This document shows, one piece after another, positions 50,986 through 64,000 of a DNA stretch of 64,000 nt (the first letter of the stretch is position 1; the number at the start of each line of letters is the position of its first letter). Origin of the DNA: Eledone cirrhosa (taxonomy: Eukaryota); the NCBI GenBank assembly GCA_964016885.1, contig OZ024744.1, positions 23,312,001-23,376,000 on the forward strand, in the 5' to 3' direction. Under the pieces are notes generated by a model, which did no database searches, was not told the origin of the DNA, and was given only the letters and a program-made list of their open reading frames with translations. Position numbers and translations under genes: made by a program.

Positions 50986-53900
50986 AACAACAGCTGAATC
51001 TTAAGATAAAACTCGTTTTACAACAGTTGAATCTTCAAATAAAACTCGTTTTAACAACAGTTGAATCTTAAGAACTGATTCGTTTTAACAACAGTTGAAT
51101 CTTCAGATAAAACTCGTTTTAACTACAGTTGAATCTTAAGAACTGACTCGTTTTAACAACAGTTGAATCTTAAGATAAAACTCGTTTTAACAACAGTTGA
51201 ATCTTAAGAACTGACTCATTTTAACAACAGTTGAATCTTAAGAACTGATTCGTTTTAACAACAGTTGAATCTTAAGATAAAACTCGTTTTAACAACAGTT
51301 GAATCTTAAGAACTGACTCGTTTTAACAACAGCTGAATCTTAAGATAAAACTCGTTTTACAACAGTTGAATCTTCAAATAAAACTCGTTTTAACAACAGT
51401 TGAATCTTAAGAACTGACTCGTTTTAACAACAGCTGAATCTTAAGATAAAACTCGTTTTAACAACAGTTGAATCTTAAGAACTGACTCGTTTTATCAACA
51501 GTTCAACCTTAAGCACTGACTCGTTTTAACAACAGTTGAATCTTCAAATAAAACTCGTTTTAACAACAGTCGATTCTTCAGAACTGACTCGTTTTAACAA
51601 CAGTTGAATCTTAAGATAAAACTCGTTTTAACAACAGTTGAATCATAAGAACTGACTCATTTTAACAACAGCTGAATCTTTAGATAAAACTCGTTTTAAC
51701 AACAGTTGAATCTTAAGAACTGACTCGTTTTATCAACAGTTCAACCTTAAGAACTGACTCGTTTTAACAACAGTTGAATCCTCAAATAAAACTCGTTTTA
51801 ACAACAGTTGAATCTTAAGAACTGACTCGTTTTAACAACAGTTGAATCTTAAGAACTGATTCGTTTTAACAACAGTTGAATCTTAAGATAAAACTCGTTT
51901 TAACAACAGTTGAATCTTAAGAACTGACTCGTTTTAACAACAGCTGAATCTTAAGATAAAACTCGTTTTACAACAGTTGAATCTTAAGAACTGACTCGTT
52001 TTATCAACAGTTCAACCTTAAGAACTGACTCATCTTAACAACAGTTGAATCTTCAAATAAAATTCGTTTTAACAACAGTTGAATCTTAAGAACTGACTCG
52101 TTTTAACAACAGCTGAATCTTAAGATAAAACTCGTTTTAACAACAGTTGATTCTTCAGAACTGACTCGTTTTAACAACAGCAGAATCTTAAGATAAAACT
52201 CGTTTTAACAACAGTTGAATCTTAAGATAAAATTCGTTTTAACAACAGTTGAATCTTAAGAACTGACTCGTTTTAACAACAGCTGAATCTTAAGATAAAA
52301 CTCGTTTTAACAACAGTTGAATCTTAAGAAGTGCCTCGTTTTATCAACAGTTCAACCTTAAGCACTGACTCGTTTTAACAACAGTTGAATCTTCAAATAA
52401 AACTCGTTTTAACAACAGTTGATTCTTCAGAACTGACTCGTTTTAACAACAGTTGAATCTTAAGATAAAACTCGTTTTAACAACAGTTGAATCTTAAGAA
52501 CTGACTCATTTTAACAACAGCTGAATCTTTAGATAAAACTCGTTTTAACAACAGTTGAATCTTAAGAACTGACTCGTTTTATCAACAGTTCAACCTTAAG
52601 AACTGACTCGTTTTAACAACAGTTGAATCCTCAAATAAAACTCGTTTTAACAACAGTTGAATCTTAAGAACTGACTCATTTTAAGAACAGTTGAATCTTA
52701 AGATAAAACTCGTTTTAACAACAGTTGAATCTTAAGAACTGACTCGTTTTAACAACGGCTGAATTTTAAGATAAACTCGTTTTAACAACAGTTGAATCTT
52801 AAGAACTGACTCGTTTTAACAACAGCTAAATCTTAAGATAAAACTCGTTTTAACAACAGTTGAATCTTAAGAACTGACTCGTTTTAACAACAGCTGAATC
52901 TTAAGATAAAACTCGTTTTACAACAGTTGAATCTTCAAATAAAACTCGTTTTAACAACAGTTGAATCTTAAGAACTGATTCGTTTTAACAACAGTTGAAT
53001 CTTCAGATAAAACTCGTTTTAACTACAGTTGAATCTTAAGAACTGACTCGTTTTAACAACAGTTGAATCTTAAGATAAAACTCGTTTTAACAACAGTTGA
53101 ATCTTAAGAACTGACTCATTTTAACAACAGTTGAATCTTAAGAACTGATTCGTTTTAACAACAGTTGAATCTTAAGATAAAACTCGTTTTAACAACAGTT
53201 GAATCTTAAGAACTGACTCGTTTTAACAACAGCTGAATCTTAAGATAAAACTCGTTTTACAACAGTTGAATCTTCAAATAAAACTCGTTTTAACAACAGT
53301 TGAATCTTAAGAACTGACTCGTTTTAACAACAGCTGAATCTTAAGATAAAACTCGTTTTAACAACAGTTGAATCTTAAGAACTGACTCGTTTTATCAACA
53401 GTTCAACCTTAAGCACTGACTCGTTTTAACAACAGTTGAATCTTCAAATAAAACTCGTTTTAACAACAGTCGATTCTTCAGAACTGACTCGTTTTAACAA
53501 CAGTTGAATCTTAAGATAAAACTCGTTTTAACAACAGTTGAATCATAAGAACTGACTCATTTTAACAACAGCTGAATCTTTAGATAAAACTCGTTTTAAC
53601 AACAGTTGAATCTTAAGAACTGACTCGTTTTATCAACAGTTCAACCTTAAGAACTGACTCGTTTTAACAACAGTTGAATCCTCAAATAAAACTCGTTTTA
53701 ACAACAGTTGAATCTTAAGAACTGACTCGTTTTAACAACAGTTGAATCTTAAGAACTGATTCGTTTTAACAACAGTTGAATCTTAAGATAAAACTCGTTT
53801 TAACAACAGTTGAATCTTAAGAACTGACTCGTTTTAACAACAGCTGAATCTTAAGATAAAACTCGTTTTACAACAGTTGAATCTTAAGAACTGACTCGTT

Positions 53901-54050
53901 TTATCAACAGTTCAACCTTAAGAACTGACTCATCTTAACAACAGTTGAATCTTCAAATAAAATTCGTTTTAACAACAGTTGAATCTTAAGAACTGACTCG
54001 TTTTAACAACAGCTGAATCTTAAGATAAAACTCGTTTTAACAACAGTTGA
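50225..54050 (-). repeat. Tandem duplication of a 1900-bp unit (56 monomers), two copies
   Basis: CAGAATCTTA at 50281/52181, AAGTGCC at 50429/52329 and CGATTCTTCA at 51571/53471 are all offset by 1900. Confidence 0.92.
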
Positions 54051-57049
54051 ATCTTAAGATAAAATTCGTATTAACAACAGTTGAATCTTAAGAACTGACT
54101 CGTTTTAACAACAGCTGAATCTTAAGATAAAACTCGTTTTAACAACAGTTGAATCTTAAGAACTGACTCGTTTTATCAACAGTTCAACCTTAAGCACTGA
54201 CTCGTTTTAACAACAGTTGAATCTTCAAATAAAACTCGTTTTAACAACAGTTGATTCTTCAGAACTGACTCGTTTTAACAACAGATGAATCTTAAGATAA
54301 AACTCGTTTTAACAACAGTTGAATCTTAAGAACTGACTCATTTTAACAACAGCTGAATCTGTAGATAAAACTCGTTTTAACAACAGTTGAATCTTAAGAA
54401 CTGACTCGTTTTATCAACAGTTCAACCTTAAGAACTGACTCGTTTTAACAACAGTTGAATCCTCAAATAAAACTCGTTTTAACAACAGTTGAATCTTAAG
54501 AACTGACTCATTTTAACAACAGTTGAATCTTAAGATAAAACTCGTTTTAACAACAGTTGAATCTTAAGAACTGACTCGTTTTAACAACGGCTGAATTTTA
54601 AGATAAACTCGTTTTAACAACAGTTGAATCTTAAGAACTGACTCGTTTTAACAACAGCTAAATCTTAAGATAAAACTCGTTTTAACAACAGTTGAATCTT
54701 AAGAACTGACTCGTTTTATCAACAGTTCAACCTTAAGAACTGACTCATCTTAACAACAGTTGAATCTTCAAATAAAATTCGTTTTAACAACAGTTGAATC
54801 TTAAGAACTGACTCGTTTTAACAACAGTTGAATCTTAAGATAAAACTCGTTTTAACAACAGTTGAATCTTAAGAACTGACTCATTTTAACAACAGCTGAA
54901 TCTTAAGATAAAACTCGTTTTAACAACAGTTGAATCTTAAGAACTGACTCGTTTTATCAACAGTTCAACCTTAAGAACTGACTCATCTTAACAACAGTTG
55001 AATCTTCAAATAAAATTCGTTTTAACAACAGTTGAATCTTAAGAACTGACTCGTTTTAACAACAGTTGAATCTTAAGAGAAAACTCGTTTTAACAACAGT
55101 TGAATCTTAAGAACTGACTCGTTTTAACAACGGCTGAATTTTAAGATAAACTCGTTTTAACAACAGTTGAATCTTAAGAACTGACTCGTTTTAACAACAG
55201 CTAAATCTTAAGATAAAACTCGTTTTAACAACAGTTGAATCTTAAGAACTGACTCGTTTTATCAACAGTTCAACCTTAAGAACTGACTCATCTTAACAAC
55301 AGTTGAATCTTCAAATAAAATTCGTTTTAACAACAGTTGAATCTTAAGAACTGACTCGTTTTAACAACAGTTGAATCTTAAGATAAAACTCGTTTTAACA
55401 ACAGTTGAATCTTAAGAACTGACTCATTTTAACAACAGCTGAATCTTAAGATAAAACTCGTTTTAACAACAGTTGAATCTTAAGATAAAACTCGTTTTAA
55501 CAACAGTTGAATCTTAAGAACTGACTCGTTTTATCAACAGTTCAACCTTAAGCACTGACTCGTTTTAACAACAGTTGAATCTTCAAATAAAACTCGTTTT
55601 AACAACAGTTGATTCTTCAGAACTGACTCGTTTTAACAACAGTTGAATCTTAAGATAAAACTCGTTTTAACAACAGTTGAATCTTAAGAACTGACTCATT
55701 CTAACAACAGCTTAATCTTTAGATAAAACTCGTTTTAACAACAGTTGAATCTTAAGAACTGACTCGTTTTATCAACAGTTCAACCTTAAGAACTGACTCG
55801 TTTTAACAACAGTTGAATCCTCAAATAAAACTCGTTTTAACAACAGTTGAATCTTAAGAACTGACTCGTTTTAACAACAGTTGAATCTTAAGATAAAACT
55901 CGTTTTAACAACAGTTGAATCTTAAGAACTGACTCATTTTAACAACAGTTGAATCTTAAGAACTGATTCGTTTTAACAACAGTTGAATCTTCAGATAAAA
56001 CTCGTTTTAACAACAGTTGAATCTTAAGAACTGACTCGTTTTAACAACAGCTGAATCTTAAGATAAAACTCGTTTTACAACAGTTGAATCTTAAGAACTG
56101 ACTCGTTTTATCAACAGTTCAACCTTAAGAACTGACTCATCTTAACAACAGTTGAATCTTCAAATAAAACTCGTTTTAACAACAGTTGAATTTTAAGAAC
56201 TGATTCGTTTTAACAACAGCTGAATCTTAAGATAAAACTCGTTTTAACAACAGTTGAATCTTAAGATAAAATTCGTTTTAAAAACAGTTGAATCTTAAGA
56301 ACTGACTCGTTTTAACAACAGCAGAATCTTAAGATAAAACTCGTTTTAACAACAGTTGAATCTTAAGAACTGACTCGTTTTATCATCAGTTCAACCTTAA
56401 GCACTGACTCGTTTTAACAACAGTTGCATCTTCAAATAAAACTCGTTTTAACAACAGTTGATTCTTCAGAACTGACTCGTTTTAACAACAGTTGAATCTT
56501 AAGATAAAACTCGTTTTAACAACAGTTGAATCTTAAGAACTGACTCGTTTTAACAACAGCTGAATCTTAAGATAAAACTCGTTTTACAACAGTTGAATCT
56601 TAAGAACTGACTCGTTTTATCAACAGTTCAACATTAAGAACTGACTCATCTTAACAACAGTTGAATCTTCAAATAAAACTCGTTTTAACAACAGTTGATT
56701 CTTCAGAACGGACTCGTTTTAACAACAGTTGAATCTTAAGATAAAACTCGTTTAAACAACAGTTGAATCTTAAGAACTGACTCATTTTAACAACAGCTGA
56801 ATCTCTAGATAAAACTCGTTTTAACAACAGTTGAATATTAAGAACTGACTCGTTTTCTCAACAGTTCAACCTTAAGAACTGACTCGTTTTAACAACAGTT
56901 GAATCCTCAAATAAAACTCGTTTTAACAACAGTTGAATCTTAAGAACTGACTCATTTTAACAACAGTTGAATCTTAAGATAAAACTCGTTTTAACAAGAG
57001 TTGAATCTTAAGAACTGACTCGTTTTAACAACGGCTGAATTTTAAGATA

Positions 57050-60000
57050 AACTCGTTTTAACAACAGTTGAATCTTAAGAACTGACTCGTTTTAACAACT
57101 GCTAAATCTTAAGATAAAACTCGTTTTAACAACAGTTGAATCTTAAGAACTGACTCGTTTTATCAACAGTTCAACCTTAAGAACTGACTCATGTTAACAA
57201 CAGTTGAATCTTCAAATAAAATTCGTTTTAACAACAGTTGAATCTTAAGAACTGACTCGTTTTAACAACAGTTGAATCCTCAAATAAAACTCGTTTTAAC
57301 AACAGTTGAATCATAAGAACTGACTCGTTTTAACAACAGTTGAATCTTAAGATAAAACTCGTTTTAACAACAGGTGAATCTTAAGAACTGACTCATTTTA
57401 ACAACAGTTGAATCTTAAGAACTGATTCGTTTTAACAACAGTTGAATCTTCAGATAAAACTCGTTTTAACTACAGTTGAATCTTAAGAACTGACTAGTTT
57501 TAACAACAGTTGAATCTTAAGATAAAACTCGTTTTAACAACAGTTGAATCTTAAGAACTGGCTCATTTTAACAACAGTTGAATCTTAAGAACTGATTCGT
57601 TTTAACAACAGTTGAATCTTAAGATAAAACTCGTTTTAACAACAGTTGAATCTTAAGAACTGACTCGTTTTAACAACAGCTGAATCTTAAGATAAAACTC
57701 GTTTTAACAACAGTTGAATCTTAAGAACTGACTCGTTTTATCAACAGTTCAACCTTAAGCACTGACTCGTTTTAACAACAGTTGAATCTTCAAATAAAAC
57801 TCGTTTTAACAACAGTTGATTCTTCAGAACTGACTCGTTTTAACAACAGTTGAATCTTAAGATAAAACTCGTTTTAACAACAGTTGAATCTTAAGAACTG
57901 ACTCGTTTTAACAACGGCTGAATTTTAAGATAAACTCGTTTTAACAACAGTTGAATCTTAAGAACTGACTCGTTTTAACAACAGCTAAATCTTAAGATAA
58001 AACTCGTTTTAACAACAGTTGAATCTTAAGGTAAAATTCGTTTTAACAACAGTTGAATCTTAAGAACTGACTCGTTTTAACAACAGCTGAATCCTCAAAT
58101 AAAACTCGTTTTAACAACAGTTGAATCTTAAGAACTGACTCGTGTTAACAACAGTTGAATCTTAAGATAAAACTCGTTTTAACAACAGTTGAATTTTAAG
58201 AACTGACTCATTTTAACAACAGTTGAATCTTAAGAACTGATTCGTTTTAACAACAGTTGAATCTTCAGATAAAACTCGTTTTAACTACAGTTGAATCTTA
58301 AGAACTGACTAGTTTTAACAACAGATGAATCTTAAGATAAAACTCGTTTTTACAACAGTTGAATCTTAAGAACTGACTCGTTTTAACAACAGTTGAATCA
58401 TAAGAACTGATTCGTTTTAACAACAGCTGAATCTTAAGATAAAACTCGTTTTACAACAGTTGAATCTTAAGAACTGACTCGTTTTATCAACAGTTCAACC
58501 TTAAAGAACTGACTCATCTTAACAACAGTTGAATCTTCAAATAAAACTCGTTTTAACTACAGTTGAATCTTAAGAACTGATTCGTTTTAACAACAGCTGA
58601 ATCTTAAGATAAAACTCGTTTTAACAACAGTTGAATCTTAAGAACTGACTCGTTTTAACAACGGCTGAATTTTAAGATAAACTCGTTTTAACAACAGTTG
58701 AATCTTAAGAACTGACTCGTTTTAACAACAGCTAAATCTTAAGATAAAACTCGTTTTAACAACAGTTGAATCTTAAGAACTGACTCGTTTTATCAACAGT
58801 TCAACCTTAAGAACTGACTCATCTTAACAACAGTTGAATCTTCAAATAAAATTCGTTTTAACAACAGTTGAATCTTAAGAACTGATTCGTTTTAACAACA
58901 GATGAATCTTAAGATAAGACTCGTTTAACAACAGTTGAATCTTAAGGTAAAATTCGTTTTAACAACAGTTGAATCTTAAGAACTGACTCGTTTTAACAAC
59001 AGTTGAATCTTAAGATAAAACTCGTTTTAACAACAGTTGAATCTTAAGAACTGACTCATTTTAACAACAGTTGAATCTTAAGATAAAACTCGTTTTAACA
59101 ACAGTTGAATCTTAAGAACTGACTCGTTTTAACAACAGCTGAATCTTAAGATAAAACTCGTTTTACAACAGTTGAATCTTAAGAACTGACTCGTTTTATC
59201 AACAGTTCAACCTTAAGAACTGACTCATCTTAACAACAGTTGAATCTTCAAATAAAACTCGTTTTAACAACAGTTGAATCTTAAGAACTGACTCGTTTTA
59301 ACAACTGCTAAATCTTAAGATAAAACTCGTTTTAACAACAGTTGAATCTTAAGAACTGACTCGTTTTATCAACAGTTCAACCTTAAGAACTGACTCATGT
59401 TAACAACAGTTGAATCTTCAAATAAAATTCGTTTTAACAACAGTTGAATCTTAAGAACTGACTCGTTTTAACAACAGTTGAATCCTCAAATAAAACTCGT
59501 TTTAACAACAGTTGAATCATAAGAACTGACTCGTTTTAACAACAGTTGAATCTTAAGATAAAACTCGTTTTAACAACAGGTGAATCTTAAGAACTGACTC
59601 ATTTTAACAACAGTTGAATCTTAAGAACTGATTCGTTTTAACAACAGTTGAATCTTCAGATAAAACTCGTTTTAACTACAGTTGAATCTTAAGAACTGAC
59701 TAGTTTTAACAACAGTTGAATCTTAAGATAAAACTCGTTTTAACAACAGTTGAATCTTAAGAACTGGCTCATTTTAACAACAGTTGAATCTTAAGAACTG
59801 ATTCGTTTTAACAACAGTTGAATCTTAAGATAAAACTCGTTTTAACAACAGTTGAATCTTAAGAACTGACTCGTTTTAACAACAGCTGAATCTTAAGATA
59901 AAACTCGTTTTAACAACAGTTGAATCTTAAGAACTGACTCGTTTTATCAACAGTTCAACCTTAAGCACTGACTCGTTTTAACAACAGTTGAATCTTCAAA

Positions 60001-61497
60001 TAAAACTCGTTTTAACAACAGTTGATTCTTCAGAACTGACTCGTTTTAACAACAGTTGAATCTTAAGATAAAACTCGTTTTAACAACAGTTGAATCTTAA
60101 GAACTGACTCGTTTTAACAACGGCTGAATTTTAAGATAAACTCGTTTTAACAACAGTTGAATCTTAAGAACTGACTCGTTTTAACAACAGCTAAATCTTA
60201 AGATAAAACTCGTTTTAACAACAGTTGAATCTTAAGGTAAAATTCGTTTTAACAACAGTTGAATCTTAAGAACTGACTCGTTTTAACAACAGCTGAATCC
60301 TCAAATAAAACTCGTTTTAACAACAGTTGAATCTTAAGAACTGACTCGTTTTAACAACAGTTGAATCTTAAGATAAAACTCGTTTTAACAACAGTTGAAT
60401 TTTAAGAACTGACTCATTTTAACAACAGTTGAATCTTAAGAACTGATTCGTTTTAACAACAGTTGAATCTTCAGATAAAACTCGTTTTAACTACAGTTGA
60501 ATCTTAAGAACTGACTAGTTTTAACAACAGATGAATCTTAAGATAAAACTCGTTTTTACAACAGTTGAATCTTAAGAACTGACTCGATTTAACAACAGTT
60601 GAATCATAAGAACTGATTCGTTTTAACAACAGCTGAATCTTAAGATAAAACTCGTTTTACAACAGTTGAATCTTAAGAACTGACTCGTTTTATCAACAGT
60701 TCAACCTTAAAGAACTGACTCATCTTAACAACAGTTGAATCTTCAAATAAAACTCGTTTTAACTACAGTTGAATCTTAAGAACTGATTCGTTTTAACAAC
60801 AGCTGAATCTTAAGATAAAACTCGTTTTAACAACAGTTGAATCTTAAGAACTGACTCGTTTTAACAACGGCTGAATTTTAAGATAAACTCGTTTTAACAA
60901 CAGTTGAATCTTAAGAACTGACTCGTTTTAACAACAGCTAAATCTTAAGATAAAACTCGTTTTAACAACAGTTGAATCTTAAGAACTGACTCGTTTTATC
61001 AACAGTTCAACCTTAAGAACTGACTCATCTTAACAACAGTTGAATCTTCAAATAAAATTCGTTTTAACAACAGTTGAATCTTAAGAACTGATTCGTTTTA
61101 ACAACAGATGAATCTTAAGATAAGACTCGTTTAACAACAGTTGAATCTTAAGGTAAAATTCGTTTTAACAACAGTTGAATCTTAAGAACTGACTCGTTTT
61201 AACAACAGTTGAATCTTAAGATAAAACTCGTTTTAACAACAGTTGAATCTTAAGAACTGACTCATTTTAACAACAGTTGAATCTTAAGATAAAACTCGTT
61301 TTAACAACAGTTGAATCTTAAGAACTGACTCGTTTTAACAACAGCTGAATCTTAAGATAAAACTCGTTTTACAACAGTTGAATCTTAAGAACTGACTCGT
61401 TTTATCAACAGTTCAACCTTAAGAACTGACTCATCTTAACAACAGTTGAATCTTCAAATAAAACTCGTTTTAACAACAGTTGAATCTTAAGAACTGA
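57050..61497 (-). repeat. Tandem duplication of a 2206-bp unit (65 monomers), with a partial third copy 2613 bp further on
   Basis: ATGTTAAC at 57191/59397, TTAAAGAAC at 58501/60707 and AAGATAAGAC at 58911/61117 are offset by 2206. TTAAAGAAC at 63320 and AATTTTAAGAAC at 63011 lie 2613 beyond the second copy. Confidence 0.9.
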
Positions 61498-64000
61498 TTC
61501 GTTTTAACAACAGCTGAATCTTAAGATAAAACTCGTTTTAACAACAGTTGAATCTTAAGATAAAATTCGTATTAACAACAGTTGAATCTTAAGAACTGAC
61601 TGGTTTTAACAACAGATGAATCTTAAGATAAAACTCGTTTTAACAACAGTTGAATCTTAAGAACTGACTCGTTTTATCAACAGTTCAACCTTAAGCACTG
61701 ACTCGTTTTAACAACAGTTGAATCTTCAAATAAAACTCGTTTTAACAACAGTTGATTCTTCAGAACTGACTCGTTTTAACAACAGATGAATCTTAAGATA
61801 AAACTCGTTTTAACAACAGTTGAATCTTAAGAACTGACTCATTTTAACAACAGCTGAATCTGTAGATAAAACTCGTTTTAACAACAGTTGAATCTTAAGA
61901 ACTGACTCGTTTTATCAACAGTTCAACCTTAAGAACTGACTCGTTTTAACAACAGTTGAATCCTCAAATAAAACTCGTTTTAACAACAGTTGAATCTTAA
62001 GAACTGACTCATTTTAACAACAGTTGAATCTTAAGATAAAACTCGTTTTAACAACAGTTGAATCTTAAGAACTGACTCGTTTTAACAACGGCTGAATTTT
62101 AAGATAAACTCGTTTTAACAACAGTTGAATCTTCAGAACTGACTCGTTTTAACAACAGCTAAATCTTAAGATAAAACTCGTTTTAACAACAGTTGAATCT
62201 TAAGAACTGACTCGTTTTATCAACAGTTCAACCTTAAGAACTGACTCATCTTAACAACAGTTGAATCTTCAAATAAAATTCGTTTTAACAACAGTTGAAT
62301 CTTAAGAACTGACTCGTTTTAACAACAGTTGAATCTTAAGATAAAACTCGTTTTAACAACAGTTGAATCTTAAGAACTGACTCATTTTAACAACAGCTGA
62401 ATCTTAAGATAAAACTCGTTTTAACAACAGTTGAATCTTAAGATAAAATTCGTTTTAACAACAGTTGAATCTTAAGAACTGACTCGTTTTAACAACAGCT
62501 GAATCTTAAGATAAAACTCGTTTTAACCACAGTTGAATCTTAAGAACTGACTCGTTTTATCAACAGTTCAACCTTAAGCACTGACTCGTTTTAACAACTG
62601 TTGAATCTTCAAATAAAACTCGTTTTAACAACAGTTGATTCTTCAGAACTGACTCGTTTTAACAACAGTTGAATCTTAAGATAAAACTCGTTTTAACAAC
62701 AGTTGAATCTTAAGAACTGACTCGTTTTAACAACGGCTGAATTTTAAGATAAACTCGTTTTAACAACAGTTGAATCTTAAGAACTGACTCGTTTTAACAA
62801 CAGCTAAATCTTAAGATAAAACTCGTTTTAACAACAGTTGAATCTTAAGGTAAAATTCGTTTTAACAACAGTTGAATCTTAAGAACTGACTCGTTTTAAC
62901 AACAGCTGAATCCTCAAATAAAACTCGTTTTAACAACAGTTGAATCTTAAGAACTGACTCGTTTTAACAACAGTTGAATCTTAAGATAAAACTCGTTTTA
63001 ACAACAGTTGAATTTTAAGAACTGACTCATTTTAACAACAGTTGAATCTTAAGAACTGATTCGTTTTAACAACAGTTGAATCTTCAGATAAAACTCGTTT
63101 TAACTACAGTTGAATCTTAAGAACTGACTAGTTTTAACAACAGTTGAATCTTAAGATAAAACTCGTTTTTACAACAGTTGAATCTTAAGAACTGACTCGT
63201 TTTAACAACAGTTGAATCTTAAGAACTGATTCGTTTTAACAACAGCTGAATCTTAAGATAAAACTCGTTTTACAACAGTTGAATCTTAAGAACTGACTCG
63301 TTTTATCAACAGTTCAACCTTAAAGAACTGACTCATCTTAACAACAGTTGAATCTTCAAATAAAACTCGTTTTAACAACAGTTGAATCTTAAGAACTGAT
63401 TCGTTTTAACAACAGCTGAATCTTAAGATAAAACTCGTTTTAACAACAGTTGAATCTTAAGAACTGACTCGTTTTAACAACGGCTGAATTTTAAGATAAA
63501 CTCGTTTTAACAACAGTTGAATCTTAAGAACTGACTCGTTTTAACAACAGCTAAATCTTAAGATAAAACTCGTTTTAACAACAGTTGAATCTTAAGAACT
63601 GACTCGTTTTATCAACAGTTCAACCTTAAGAACTGACTCATCTTAACAACAGTTGAATCTTCAAATAAAATTCGTTTTAACAACAGTTGAATCTTAAGAA
63701 CTGATTCGTTTTAACAACAGCTGAATCTTAAGATAAAACTCGTTTTAACAACAGTTGAATCTTAAGGTAAAATTCGTTTTAACAACAGTTGAATCTTAAG
63801 AACTGATTCGTTTTAACAACAGTTGAATCTTGAGATAAAACTCGTTTTAACAACAGTTGCATCTTAAGAACTGACTCATTTTAACAACAGTTGAATCTTA
63901 AGATAAAACTCGTTTTAACAACAGTTGAATCTTAAGAACTGACTCGTTTTAACAACAGCTGAATCTTAAGATAAAACTCGTTTTAACAACAGTTGAATCT

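Larger units (their letters stand above)
29930..64000 (-). repeat. Same 34-bp satellite in inverted orientation, right block (about 1000 monomers)
   Basis: The + strand reads CTCGTTTTAACAACAGTTGAATCTTAAG[AACTGA or ATAAAA], the exact reverse complement of the left consensus. It is continuous to the window end. Confidence 0.99.

Noticed and set aside
1-64000. Giant perfect palindrome, foldback element or terminal inverted repeats centred on the gap
   Set aside because: The arms share only the monomer consensus. Variant order and higher-order structure are not mirrored, and no element ends, target-site duplications or transposase are visible.
1-64000. Telomeric repeat, CENP-B box, rDNA spacer subrepeat, or plasmid iteron/viral origin array
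   Set aside because: I see no TTAGGG-like G-rich unit, no CENP-B box consensus (TTCG....A..CGGG), and no rRNA or rep gene. The array size far exceeds iteron arrays. A named family assignment would need a Dfam, Repbase or BLAST search that I cannot run.

Overview
The whole 64 kb window is one AT-rich (about 26-32% GC per monomer) tandem satellite with a 34-bp monomer, [TCAGTT or TTTTAT]CTTAAGATTCAACTGTTGTTAAAACGAG. It forms two arrays in opposite orientation, 1-29729 (+) and 29930-64000 (-), separated by an assembly gap of exactly 200 N. I see no genes, RNA genes, mobile elements, CRISPR spacers or unique sequence, and both supplied ORFs are artefacts of the N run. It looks like a eukaryotic heterochromatic or (peri)centromeric satellite block in a scaffolded assembly (inference); I cannot name the family or the organism. 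The interest is in its internal structure: a hidden 17-bp half-unit, two alternating 34-bp monomer types (68-bp dimer), an ordered 815-883 bp cycle of variants, tandem duplications of 1.05-3.0 kb and a near-identical 5739-bp higher-order repeat. The right array shares diagnostic variants with the far-left 10 kb rather than with the sequence next to the gap. I found no evidence for a new protein-coding system. All offsets were read by eye from marker variants, so block boundaries are approximate.
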